Part shown: positions 1-14,427 of the stretch, piece after piece
Position numbering within the stretch: the first letter of the stretch is position 1
Layout of the letters: every line of letters starts with the position of its first letter
NCBI GenBank assembly: GCA_020891255.1
Contig: BQFW01000012.1
Span: 1,984,001 to 2,048,000 of the forward strand
Source of the DNA: Entomortierella parvispora E1425
Lineage: Eukaryota > Fungi > Mortierellomycota
Direction of reading: 5' to 3'
DNA: 64,000 nt
The notes under the pieces: generated by a model
Databases searched by the model: none
What the model saw: the letters and a program-made list of their open reading frames with translations, nothing else
What the model was told of the DNA's origin: nothing
Made by a program: the position numbers and the translations under genes

Positions 1-922
1 GCACAGAAAACGGCGGAAGAAAGAAAAGAGATGAAAGCCGTGACCGATGGTTGACTTCATCGATATGGGTGGGGCTTTGTCTCTGCTGTTGTCACGAACC
101 GTTCCTTGCTGATCTGCCTTCTCTCTTCTTTCTCTTTCCTTCCTTCCTCATTCATCTTGCATCCATTGATCCATTCATTCGCTTCCATTCATTCATTCAT
201 TCACTCCCTCGCTTACTTCACTTTCCCATTCAATCGCCTATTATTATTTTTGATCCCCTCGCTCTGCAATTGCTTCTTCCCCCCCTTCCGCCTCTCTTTC
301 TCTCTGTCTCTCTCTCCCACTCACAAACATATACACACACCGCACTCCGTTTTTGCACTCAGTCGGTGGCGTGTCTTCCAAAAGCCAGGAACCACCTCTC
401 GCCTTCCTTTGTTCTATCGATATCTCTTTACTCTACTCTGGGTCTACTGCTTCGAGAGGTAAGCTCAACTCCTGTCAGGTTACCTAGACATCTTCCTCAT
501 CTGCTCTCAGATTTCTTGCCCCTACCACCCGCTCAACTTCAAACACACACAAAAAAAGGTCGTGCGGTGTGGTAGGGCGTGGGCACGGGCGTGGTGGAGT
601 CGATCTTCCCGACACGCTGCCTCGTTTCATGATCCCACAACAGAGAGGCAGGACGGTGCGAGATCAATTCGCCTAAAGAGCGATTCGATCCCGCTGGGGG
701 GGGGGGGTCCGGTCTATTCCTGCTGCACTTCGGTCTCCTGCACCGCTTGCTCGCTCCGTTGTTCTGTCGTGTGTCCCTAACCATGTAGCTCTTCTTTTCC
801 AGCCTCTCCAGGAGACACCACCGCCACACCACACCAGTCAGGGCACCATTGAAACGCGTCCACCGTCCACTCCCAGCACCCGACAGCGAGCTCTTCGAGC
901 ACAAAAAAAGAAACAAAAAATA

Positions 923-2151
923 ATGGCAGGGACCAGCAGGATCGGGCGTGCAGCAACGTTGAGCTTGCTATGCTCTTACGTACTTGTGTCACTTTCACTC
1001 CAATGCGTCAGAGGCGCCGCAAGTTCATGTCCGCCTTGCGACATTGTCGACTCGCTTCTTAAACCGTGCAATACTTCTCTTCAAATGGATACGTGGCCAG
1101 GCACGCTAGTCTACCAGTAAGGAAATGCCCCCGAGCATCGAAATTATGACGCCCTCGCACACTCAGTCGAGATGGGAACGACCCCAACCGTCGCAGCTTG
1201 ATGCAGTACAAAACTGATGACCATATATCCCAAGGGAAACAGCTATCTGACGAATTCTTTTCCCCTTTCACTTTCGCCTTTTCATTAGACCAACCCAAGC
1301 ACAGGCGCCATGTGGATGCAACCAAAACTACTATGATCAGGTCGCGTCTTGCATGAGCTGTCAATCGTCTAGTTCTGCACACTATTCTGTCAAGGCACAA
1401 CCCGATTACGAGTTGGTTTGCACGTCCTTCAACCAACCTTGGACGCAAATCAACATTCCAGGACAGACGACCAGCTCTGCTGCTACGGCTGCAACTTCAA
1501 CTCCAAAAACCACACACTCAACATCTCCCTCTCCTGGAGGGATGACTGGCGAGAAAAGCTCGCAGTCGAGTAATCTTTCCTCAGGCGCCCTGGCCGGCAT
1601 GTAAGTGCACTGTTCCCTTTTCCTCTCTAGATCAGGGACCTGAGCTAAATGATAGCGTAATAATGTACTCACTGCTCGTTCCCTGTTACTTTTTCTTGCA
1701 CTAGCATCGTATCCGCAATTGCGCTTGTTGTTGCGCTTTCGGTCGCCGCCTATGTCATTACCCGACGTAGGAGAGATAGCAGAAAGCAAAAGTACGACAC
1801 GCAGTACAAGTACAACGACCCCCACAATCGCGATTCATATGCGGAATCAGGACTCCCTCAATATACTGGCATCACCTCTGTTCAACCAATGTCGTAGGTG
1901 TCAAAGACTATCTTTCTTTGTTTATGTTTGTCGAGCCGGACCCCGTTTTGTTTGCTAATTCAAACCCTTCACCTTTTTCTCGGCCGTTTGTTATCTTTTT
2001 TTAAAAAAGAAACCTGAGGGTTATGAACCCCGATAGTGACGACGAAGGCAACGAGACGAGTCGAACTCCAGGCCACAAGCCAGAGCCCTCGTTCGAGGTC
2101 AGCCGCACAGCCTCGCCAGGCTGGCGCCGGGGTAGTTTTGATGACGATTAA
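923..2151 (+). CDS. Type I single-pass membrane protein with N-terminal 8-Cys domain and Ser/Thr stalk (cell-surface sensor-like), 4 exons
   Basis: Signal peptide from ATG 923. Introns GTAAGG(~1117)..TAG(~1288), GTAAGT(~1601)..TAG(~1704) and GTAGGT(~1893)..AAG(~2008) join ORF pieces in frame: C-x2-C-x9-C-x23-CGC-x10-C-x2-C-x19-C, S/T stalk, TM IIVSAIALVVALSVAAYVI, then RRRR and a cytoplasmic tail ending TAA 2149-2151. Confidence 0.75.
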
Positions 2152-2755
2152 GCCAAAGGTCACCCCAAACCACTTTTGCACATAATGTAAATAGTATCAT
2201 AAAAAAAAGGAATAAAAAGCGTCGCGTTGTATATCATCATCGAAGCGCTCTAGCCAGGCTGACCCTAGACGGCTGCAGGATTGGTCAAAACTCACGCCCG
2301 CAGTGCGCTCGGATAGGTTTTTTTTTGGGTCTTTCCCCACAAACCGTGAGAGCACACACACATAAAAAACACGAACCGATCACAGGAGCCGTTGTTGGAG
2401 GGGGAGCGGCTGCAATTTTTCCTTGCTTTGAAAGTGAAGGGTGCAATACAACAAAGCAACACAGAAGGCGGTCAAAGAACACAGAGCGGCCAACCAAGGG
2501 TCGGTCGGTCGGTTTCATTTGGGTTGTTCGACTGTTCGGGTGTGTTTTGTTGCCCGAGATGCACAGAAAGAAAGAAAGAAGAAACCGGCCACTCATAAAG
2601 CGAACACTTTTTTTTTTTCTTTCTCATTCCTTTCCTCATTCATCTTCTCCATCTCTTTTTTTTTTTTCTACCTACTGTTCTCCACCTCGCCCACCCGTCT
2701 CTTTCTCCCTTCCTCTTTACAACCTTCTTTCTTTCTCGCTTTGAATATATACCAA

Positions 2756-5166
2756 ATGGCTCAAAACCTTCGTTTCGATGGACGCGTCGTGATCGTGACC
2801 GGTGCTGGTGGTGGACTCGGTCGATCCCACGCCCTGGCCTTTGGCGCCCGAGGTGCCTCAGTCGTCGTCAATGATCTCGGTGGATCCTTTACTGGTGAAG
2901 GAGCTTCTACCAGAGCTGCAGATGTGGTCGTGGAAGAGATCCGGGCCGCCGGAGGCAAAGCCGTGCCCAACTATGACTCTGTCTTGGATGGCGACAAGAT
3001 TGTGGAGACGGCCATGAAGGCCTATGGTCGTGTCGATATAATTATCAACAATGCCGGCATTCTCAAGGACGTTTCCTTTGCCAGAATGACGGATCAGCAG
3101 TGGGACATCATCTTCCAGGTTCACGTCCATGGTGCTTACAAGGTCACCAAGGCCGCTTGGCCCATCTTCAAGAAGCAAAAGTTTGGTCGTATCATCAACA
3201 CCAGTAAGCGGGCGATCTTCCTGTCTTCGGATTATCGACATGCAGAAAGAATCTCACTTTATTCTCTTTCTCAAATCGGCTCATAGCTTCGGCTGCTGGT
3301 CTCTACGGCAACTTTGGTAAGGAAATGGTCTTGCTTGAATGCCAGGACTTGGATATCTATAAAACGACCTCACTAACTCATGCCTCCTACCTTTTAGGTC
3401 AGGCCAACTATTCTGCTGCCAAGCTCGCCCTCGTCGGCTTCACCCAGACCCTCGCTCTCGAGGGTAAGAAGGACAACATCTATACCAACGTCATTGCTCC
3501 CATGGCTGCCTCGCGTATGACCGAGACCGTCCTCCCCCCAGACATGCTCGCTTCCTTGAAGCCCGAGATGGTCACGCCATTGGTGGAGTACCTCTGCCAC
3601 GAGGACTCGACCGAGAACGGTTCCATTTTTGAGGTCGGTGCCGGTTACGTCGGAAAGCTCCGTTGGGAGCGTACTGGAGGCCACGGTTTCCCCATTGACA
3701 GGACCTTGTTGCCCGAACACATCCAGGAGCGCTGGGAGAAAATCACCAACTTTGAGGACGGTCGCGCCACCCACCCTACTTCGACTCAAGAGTCCATGGA
3801 GGGAATCATTGCCAACTTTGAGAACGTTGCGGGTGAGGCTGCCGCTGCTGGTCGCCCACGTGTCGTCTCTGAGGATGGCAAGGTCGATGTAGAGGCTGCC
3901 AAGTCCTTGACTTTTGAATCCGATACGTTCGAGTACTCTGAGCGTGATGTGATCCTCTATAACCTCGGTCTTGGTGCTACCCGCAAGGACCTGCACCTCG
4001 TCTACGAGAACTCTGAGAACTTTACTGCCGTTCCCACGTTCGGAGTCATCCCTTCGTTCACGGCCATGAATGCCGTGCCCTTTGGTGACATCCTCCCCTC
4101 GTTTAACCCTATGATGCTCCTTCACGGAGAGCAGTACCTCGAGATCATCAAGCCCTTCCCCTCCCATGGCAAGTTGATCTCAACTCCCTATGTCGTTGAT
4201 ATTCTTGACAAGGGCAAGGGCTGCGTTGCCACCATCGGTGTCAAGACCACGGACGAGAACGGTGAGGATATCTGCATCAACGAATTCACAATGTTCATCC
4301 GCGGCGCTGGAAACTTTGGAGGAAAGAAGGAAGGTGCCGACCGTGGTGCCTCCACGGCTTCCAACCAAGCACCCAGCCGTAAGCCCGACCATATTGTTCA
4401 GGAAAAGACTCATGAGAACCAGGCAGCTCTCTACCGTCTCTCGGGAGACTGGAACCCACTTCACATTGACCCCGAGATGGCCGCCGTCGGAGGCTTTGAT
4501 GTCCCCATTTTGCACGGTCTTTGCTCGTTCGGTATTGCAGGCAAGCACATCTTCAACACGTACTGCAACAACGACGCCAACAACTTCAAGAATATCAAGG
4601 TTCGCTTTGCCAAGACTGTGAACCCAGGCGAGACTCTGGAGACGTCGATGTGGCGCGAGGGAAGCAAGGTCATCTTCCAGGTCCATGCTGTCGAGCGCGA
4701 CGTCATTGTCATCTCGAACGCGGCTGTTGAGCTCCAGGGTGAGGCCTTGAAGGCTGCCCCTGCTGCCCCTGTTGCTACCTCTCCCCCCGCCGCCGGTGGC
4801 GCCTTCAAGTCGGATGCTGTCTTTGAACAGATCAAGACTGGCATTGAGGCCATGTCTGCTGCAGAGCGTCAGGCCCAGGTCAAGAAGGTCAAGGGCATCT
4901 TCCAATTCGAGATCACCAACGAGGCTGGTCAGACGGCGACCTACCACGTCGATCTCAAGAATGGCGAGGGTGTCGTTGGTTCTGGACCTGCTGCTGCCAA
5001 GCCCGATGTGGTGATCAGCGTCAAGGACGACATCTTTGTGGACCTGGCCTCTGGCAAGGCCAACGCCCAAAAGTTATTCATGTCGGGTGGTATCAAGGTC
5101 AAGGGTCAGGTCATGCTCGCCACCAAACTCGGTGATATCCTCAAGGCCAACAAGTCCAAGTTGTAA
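2756..5166 (+). CDS. FOX2: Peroxisomal multifunctional beta-oxidation enzyme type 2 (SDR dehydrogenase + hydratase 2 + SCP2), 3 exons
   Basis: [11 protein letters not shown] Rossmann motif, NNAG, NYSAAK, MaoC hydratase motif [15 protein letters not shown]-terminal SCP2-type domain and PTS1 SKL. Introns 3204-3286 and 3317-3397 splice in frame. Confidence 0.95.
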
Positions 5167-6443
5167 GAAAAAGGGCAACAAGTCCACGTTTGAAATACCG
5201 TCTCTCTCCTTCGCGAGCAAAGCCAAATAAAATAAAATGATATGTGTGTCCAAACCAATCAACCGCGGCCACTGCGTCTATGGAACGAATGAAAGCGTTG
5301 CACAATTTGATCCCCATTTCACTATGGCGCGAATCAAAAACGAAACTTGGATGGGTTGTCGCCAAGCTGGCACCATAAAGTGGACTTTTTAGTCAAGAAG
5401 AGACGACCAACAGGCGGGTCAGGCCGTCAACTGACCAGATGGTTTCACCAGGAAGCAGGAAGGGAGAGAGTTTCTGCTTGTTTGGTTCAGACGCGTTCAA
5501 ATAGAGCAGAGGCACCACACAACGGAGTTGGTCATGGATACCAAAATATCGCTGGATCACACCGTGCGCGAAAACCAAGGAGGAAGGAAAAAGAAAGAAA
5601 GGGGGGCAACGTCCTCTCCCCCCGATGATGACATGGGACCGAGACCGTCATTGTACGTAAACGGAGTCCTTGGAGGAAGGAGCAAGAGGAGCGCTTTTGG
5701 CGTGAGAACAATTGACTCTCGCCTAGGCTGACGCAACCTCGACACGCGGCTGCATCAGACGCGCGGATACGAACAAGGACAGGACAGGGCAGAGAGCAAG
5801 GAACAAGAGAGAAGGAAAATAAAAGAGACGGGCGCGCTCTGGCCCTGTCTCGGTCCATGTCCATGTGTGTTGTGCGCTGGTGAGTGGTTTCGGTGGAGTC
5901 CTCGTTCTTTCAGCGCTCACGACCCTTGACCTTCTCTGCGCTTTTCCTTCTTCCTTTGCCCCTTCTTGTCCTTCTTTCTCGTTCCTTCCGCTTCATTGCT
6001 ATTCCAGCTCGGCCTGCCTGATTCCCATCTCCATCGCCCCCATTGTACACCCCTCATTCTATTTAAAAAAAAAGACCTACCCGTCCTTTGTTCATTCTTT
6101 CCCACACTTGCCTCCAGACTCAACGGTCCTTCAGAAAAAGGAAAAAAAGTTCTTCTCAACTCTCGAGGCAAAAAAAGAAACAACGTCATTGTCTCTCAAG
6201 GTCCCCTCCCCCTTTGCTTCCGAAACTGTAACCGTTGGACGTCATGTTGCACATTACCCCCATTTCAAGACCCGACCGGTTCCTGAACGAAGAGATGCCC
6301 TTTGTGAATGTAAAGCATAGGGAACGCTGTCATGCATATGAATGCAAACGTTGTTTTCTACGTCTCTTGTCCCTGCAGGAACACAAGACTCACTAGGCGC
6401 GTTTTTGTTCTTTTCTGTGTCATGTTACTAGACCACAGGAAGC

Positions 6444-7553
6444 ATGAACTTCAGCTTGACTTCGCCCGGACAGCTCCATCTTGAACCCTATCAAAAGGCC
6501 CTCAAGTCTCTTATCCTGGTCCTGCAAGCCATCCACGAAAAGAACAGCCTGGCCAGTCAAAAGAAACACCACAACGCAAACCCAGCAGAGGAATCAGTGA
6601 CAGCAGCGACAGAAAACAAGTCAACGACGCTCGAAGTATCCTTCAGATCCGGCGGCGTGTTTGTGTTGGACTTGTCCGTGACAGAGCCCGGCTTTGGAGG
6701 GTCGAGCTCAAGCTCAAACCCAAGTCCCAGTCAGGCCTACCCTCTCACATTTCTGTCCACCTCCTTGTCAACTTCGCCGACCGAGGTTGGGGCCGGAGGC
6801 AATGGCGATCATGGAGTGGTCTTGTACTTTCTTCGTCTGCCCTTGAACCCTGTGACCCATCCGATCCAGTGCCAGTTATCGGCTCGACGATTGCATGCTC
6901 AGCATGTTACGGTTCTGGACAGGATTTTGAGACGACTTTGCGATGCCTCCCCTGGAGCCTTCATGGTCGGATACAGTGATGGCATCTCGGGTGTGGATGC
7001 CGGCAAGGAGGTCGTTTACTCTGGTGAAAACAGTCCCCTCCATCTACTTGACCAGCAGCAACCACAGCAGCAGCAACCGCAATCACACCAACACACTCAC
7101 AATAGTCTGGAGAAGAGTATTGCCCAGGCAAGAGATCATGGCAATATGGACATTGACAGTCGAGTGGCAGCTCTGGTTGGACATGTGGAACATCCTTCTG
7201 CTGCCACCATCACCCAGGCGCCACCCTCCTCAAAATCAACGAAGACTATGGTAGCAGTAGCAGTAGCAGAAGTCGAGGACGTTGTTTCTTCTCTTGACGT
7301 GGGCATGACATCCGCCACTCTCACTAAAACCACCCTGTTGGCGACAATGGCAACGGCTACAACAACACCAAAGACGACAGCAGTGACGAGCGAGGATCAG
7401 GAACAAAAGGCATTTCACGAAAAGCTTCTGGCGGCGGATCGCTTTATCGCAAATCATGATTTCGGGATGGTGGATGATATCGAACAATTACTCGACGTCC
7501 ATGGCAGCGTGGATCTGGACAGTGTCCACGACATACTTTGGGTCAATAGTTAA
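6444..7553 (+). CDS. Hypothetical protein (369 aa ORF, possible short upstream exon)
   Basis: Long ORF with structured-looking segments separated by S/T/Q low-complexity tracts; AT-rich 3-prime flank. No family recognised. Confidence 0.6.
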   Translation: MNFSLTSPGQLHLEPYQKALKSLILVLQAIHEKNSLASQKKHHNANPAEESVTAATENKSTTLEVSFRSGGVFVLDLSVTEPGFGGSSSSSNPSPSQAYPLTFLSTSLSTSPTEVGAGGNGDHGVVLYFLRLPLNPVTHPIQCQLSARRLHAQHVTVLDRILRRLCDASPGAFMVGYSDGISGVDAGKEVVYSGENSPLHLLDQQQPQQQQPQSHQHTHNSLEKSIAQARDHGNMDIDSRVAALVGHVEHPSAATITQAPPSSKSTKTMVAVAVAEVEDVVSSLDVGMTSATLTKTTLLATMATATTTPKTTAVTSEDQEQKAFHEKLLAADRFIANHDFGMVDDIEQLLDVHGSVDLDSVHDILWVNS

Positions 7554-7816
7554 TTTTTTTCAATGTTCATTTTGGACCTGTACTGGCCCGTAGCTCTCCA
7601 ATTCGCCTTCAAGTACAAAAAGGGTTGAACAAATGAATATTTTTATTACAGGGCGAGGCGTTTTTACATAAGACGTATGGGGGTTGGGTGTGTGTGTAAA
7701 TCAGACGGGGTTTTTTTTGAAAGAGGATAAGGGACAATGACGAGAAAACACGCAGTTGAGAGAAGGAAGCAGAAATAGTATAATAGGGTTAGTTGCTCAG
7801 GATGAAGACGTGGTGT

Positions 7817-10796
<2,980 letters not shown>

Positions 10797-11787
10797 TCAA
10801 AGGGAACCACGGGTCGAAGGGTCCAAAGAGGTCAAATGTATCGTCTGTCTTTCGACCCAAGGCAAGGAGGAGTGCGCAGGATTTGTGGGAGAGAGGCAGG
10901 AAGAGAGGGAAGGAAGGGCAGGCAAGAAGAGATTTGGATGTGGGGAGTGAGTGTGGGAGCGGGGGATCTTTGTCCTACGGTTCCTTCCAGTCTAGCAAGA
11001 GAAGAGGCAGCAGCAGCAGCAACGAGGATGGATGTTGCAAGGGAAGGGAGTGAGGAAGGAAGAGAAGGGGAGGGAAGTGAGGAAATCATAACAAAAATAA
11101 TTAGCTGGGTCTGGTCTGGTTTGGTCTCGTCTGCTCTGGCTGGTCAGTCTCTCTGTCTGTTCTGTCCTGGCCAAAGAGGACATCTTTCTCTTTCATTCGA
11201 ATCTGTCTGCACTGTGCGACTGGACTCCAAATCAGGTGCCTGGCGTCTGGATGAAGGCGAGATGGATGCTTCCCCTCGTGTCTCTCACTCTCTCTTGTTA
11301 TGCCCCCCTTCCAGGACTGAGATGGAGGTCATCCTTCTGCAGACAGGGCAGACAGGGCAGCCAGAGTCACCCAGTCAGTCAGTCAGCCAGCCAGTCGGCA
11401 AGTCAGTCAGTCACTCCTTCCCACAGACTCCCCTTCGCTCTGCCAACTGAGCAACCAAGTGAGCTCGCATCTGCGCCCAGACAGAGAGGGCGGGCTGCCA
11501 GCCCAGCACAGTCAATCGGTCAATCCAGCAGTCAAGTCAAAATCTGCAGCGCCCCGTAATCAACATTTTACCCTCACTTCTTCCTCTCAAGCTTTCTCTC
11601 TCGGCTCTCTCTTTGGTCATCATCCTGTTGCTCACTCTCGTCTCTCATCGGCAGACTCATTTCATCCTCCCTCTGTCCTTGTCCTTCGAGTCTGTCATTC
11701 GCGCGCAGGGTCCCCCCTTTTCCTTCTCTCACTCTCTGTCTTTCATACGACCTCAAAGACCTTGACACGCTTTTACAGTTGCCAATC

Positions 11788-13992
11788 ATGGAACAGTTGA
11801 GCTCCTACCTGCCTTCGTTTCCTCCGTCGCGGTCGAGCTCCAGAAGGGTCTCTGCCCTGACTGTCTCGTCCCCAATCAGTTCTCCAGCTTTGTCTCCCGA
11901 GCCTGTTCCTCCACCAATGCCCCACCTCAGTGCAAGTCGTGTCCTCTTCGAAGAGGGGCCCTACAGTGATGTCACAATCACCCTCCAGGTACCCGGATCT
12001 TTGAAAAAGACTCTTCGTCTGCATTCGCTTATCCTCGCAAAGGAGAGCGAGTTCTTCTCTGCCCTTCTGTCTGGTAAAAAGAACCTGGGAGACAAGGCCA
12101 TTGTGCTTCTTGATGAAAAGGATAGCCACGGCTCCAGGGTGATTGAGATTCAGTGTGTCGATGCCTCTGAGCTCTATGCCTTCGAGTCCTCTCTCCGTTT
12201 GCTCTACACTGGAAGCTGGTGTTCGGATCGCGACTTCCAGACCAGTGCACTAGATGCGCGTCTTCGCCGCGGACTGGATGTCATGAGCCAGGCAGGTCGT
12301 TTGGCTCTCAAGGGTACGACCACAGCTCTTCTTCAGGAAGAGATCACTCAAATGTGCCAGGTAGGTTTTTGCGCCACCAACTTTTGTACATGGCACAAGT
12401 ATCCAGTTGATGCAGATGGTAACCTCGCCCCCCTTTTTGCATTACGGAGTGCAGAGTCAGCCAGATTTGCTCGAGACCATGAGCAAGTCCTTGCGCGCAG
12501 AAGACCGAGAGGACGATCAGTCTATCCTCAAGTTTGACAAGGATGCTTTGCAGCAGATGTGTCGAGTAGCGGTGAAGAAGACCGAAATCAGGGATCACTG
12601 CGAGCTGGTCATTGCACGCAACCTGTATGGACCTAAAAAGTTTCGTGATCTGCGCATGGCTGAAGTTCAGCTATCGGAATTGAGGTCTGGATACCTGTTT
12701 CCACCCGGAGGACAAGAGTCCATCTATCTTTTGAAAGGCGCCCCGTCCCTACCTCTTCATCCATGCAGAGCTTCAAATGTGGATGCCTTGCGCCAGGTCG
12801 TCGATTACTACACAGGATTCAACTGCCAGCAGCCACTGCGTACACGCGACTACTATGTGATCCCAGACGAGGATGAGCCCGAGGAACCAGAGAAGAAGAA
12901 AGCAGCCGATGCTCCAGTCAATACTTTTTACCGCATTGCATTTTCGACGGGATATCAATGGCTTCTGGATCAAGTGATCAAGGTGCGAGCCCCGTTTGAG
13001 CTCATTATCCTCATGCTCAAAGACGCCGTGGATGAAAATGCCGACTATCGCAACAATGTGTTCTTTGGAGAGTTTGCGACTCAATTGGACGGAGATGTCT
13101 ACCTGCAGGGCGTCAGCTATATCGCGGACGGACTATTGCACGCTTTTCAAGACCCATCATTAGAGTCTTTCAGGAATCCTGGCGCCTCAGGATCGTTGTT
13201 GAACATGATCTCTTATGGTGTCAACTCACTCACGGATCTGCCTCCTCTTCGATCCAGGCCGGCATCCGAAAAAGGCGACACGGCTCTTAATCATCAAGAG
13301 TATCCTGCCTTACCGACCCTTGTCATGGAGTTCCTTTGGCAGATGCTTGAGCTTGCTTTGAAGCGACCCCACCACATGGAGTTTGTTCAGTTACTTTTGG
13401 ATTCTATCGCCAAGATCGCCCCACTGTCGCCGTTCGAGGTCGTGGATCGGATTGAAGAGCGTCTGGCTGAATTGCTTGAGGAGACAAGAAAGAAAATCAT
13501 GGAGCAGCGTGGCGAAGCCCAGCCAGATGACCATGCCATAGAGGAGGATAACGACTCTGATGCGTCTAGCGTCATAGGCGACACGGTCAAAGTCAAGGAA
13601 CAGACGTTCTCAGACAACGGTCGTAGTGAAATTTCTGTGGGCCGATTCGAGGATTTCGAGGATAGAGGCTCAATGGTCAGCAGTGTTTTGCTGAGCAAGA
13701 ACACCCCTGCGGAAGAGGAGAAGCTCGAGAGTGACGCGTCAGTGCAGCAGGAGGAGCAGGAAGAAGTAGAGCCTGAAGCTGAAGTGGAGGCTGCGTGGAT
13801 GCGGTACGCGATTACATCTCTTCGAAGGACAAAGAAAGTGTAGCCCCACTGATCACCTATTCTAACAATTTTCTCTGCCCTTATTTTAGCCCCGAGTACT
13901 TGCAGCCGCTTTGTCTCCAATTGCTGACCAAGTTCCCGATGACCATCCAATCCTCGCTGCTGTGGGCCATCCACGACCTGCAGCTCCTTTAA
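11788..13992 (+). CDS. BTB/POZ domain protein, 3 exons
   Basis: BTB signature YSDVTITL..LRLHSLILAKESEFFSALL. Introns GTAGGT(12361)..GTGCAG and GTACGC(~13804)..TTTTAG link ORFs 11779, 12407 and 13795 in frame. Confidence 0.8.
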
Positions 13993-14427
13993 CTGATACC
14001 CAAAGAACTGTAGCAGTCACAAATATACTTTCCACACATAACGAAAGAAAACAAAATCCATCCATCCCATCCCATCCATCTCCATCCATCTCCAATCATC
14101 CTACTTCATCTGCACCTCTTCGTGGTTCTCTTTCTCTTTCCCACATACATTCCTGTCGTAACGGTTGTAGTAGCAGTTGTTATCGCAGTTGTTTCTCTGT
14201 TGATTATTTCGTCAATCAATCGGCAGCAGTAGATTTCTTTCCGTCCCCTGCCCATCATTGTTTCTTCTCACGGCCAACCTTCAACGCGCAATCTCTTTTG
14301 CCCTGCCCCATTGTTTTCTCCCTGGAGACACTTTCGCTATCGCCATTGTCGACCCTCACAGCCTCTGTTGATCGCCACAAATCATTTCCAGTCGCAGTTT
14401 CAGTATCAGGCTGAACCTCCATCTTCA

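Noticed and set aside
51-916. ORFs of 118-174 aa upstream of the first gene
   Set aside because: They derive from CT-rich low-complexity promoter/UTR sequence.
3394-5070. Long antisense ORFs (257 and 296 aa) over FOX2, and similar ones over other genes
   Set aside because: They are shadows of codon bias in the sense gene and have no motifs.
11340-11540. CAGT/CAGC microsatellite-like run in the KDM5-BTB divergent promoter
   Set aside because: A degenerate simple repeat with no further structure.
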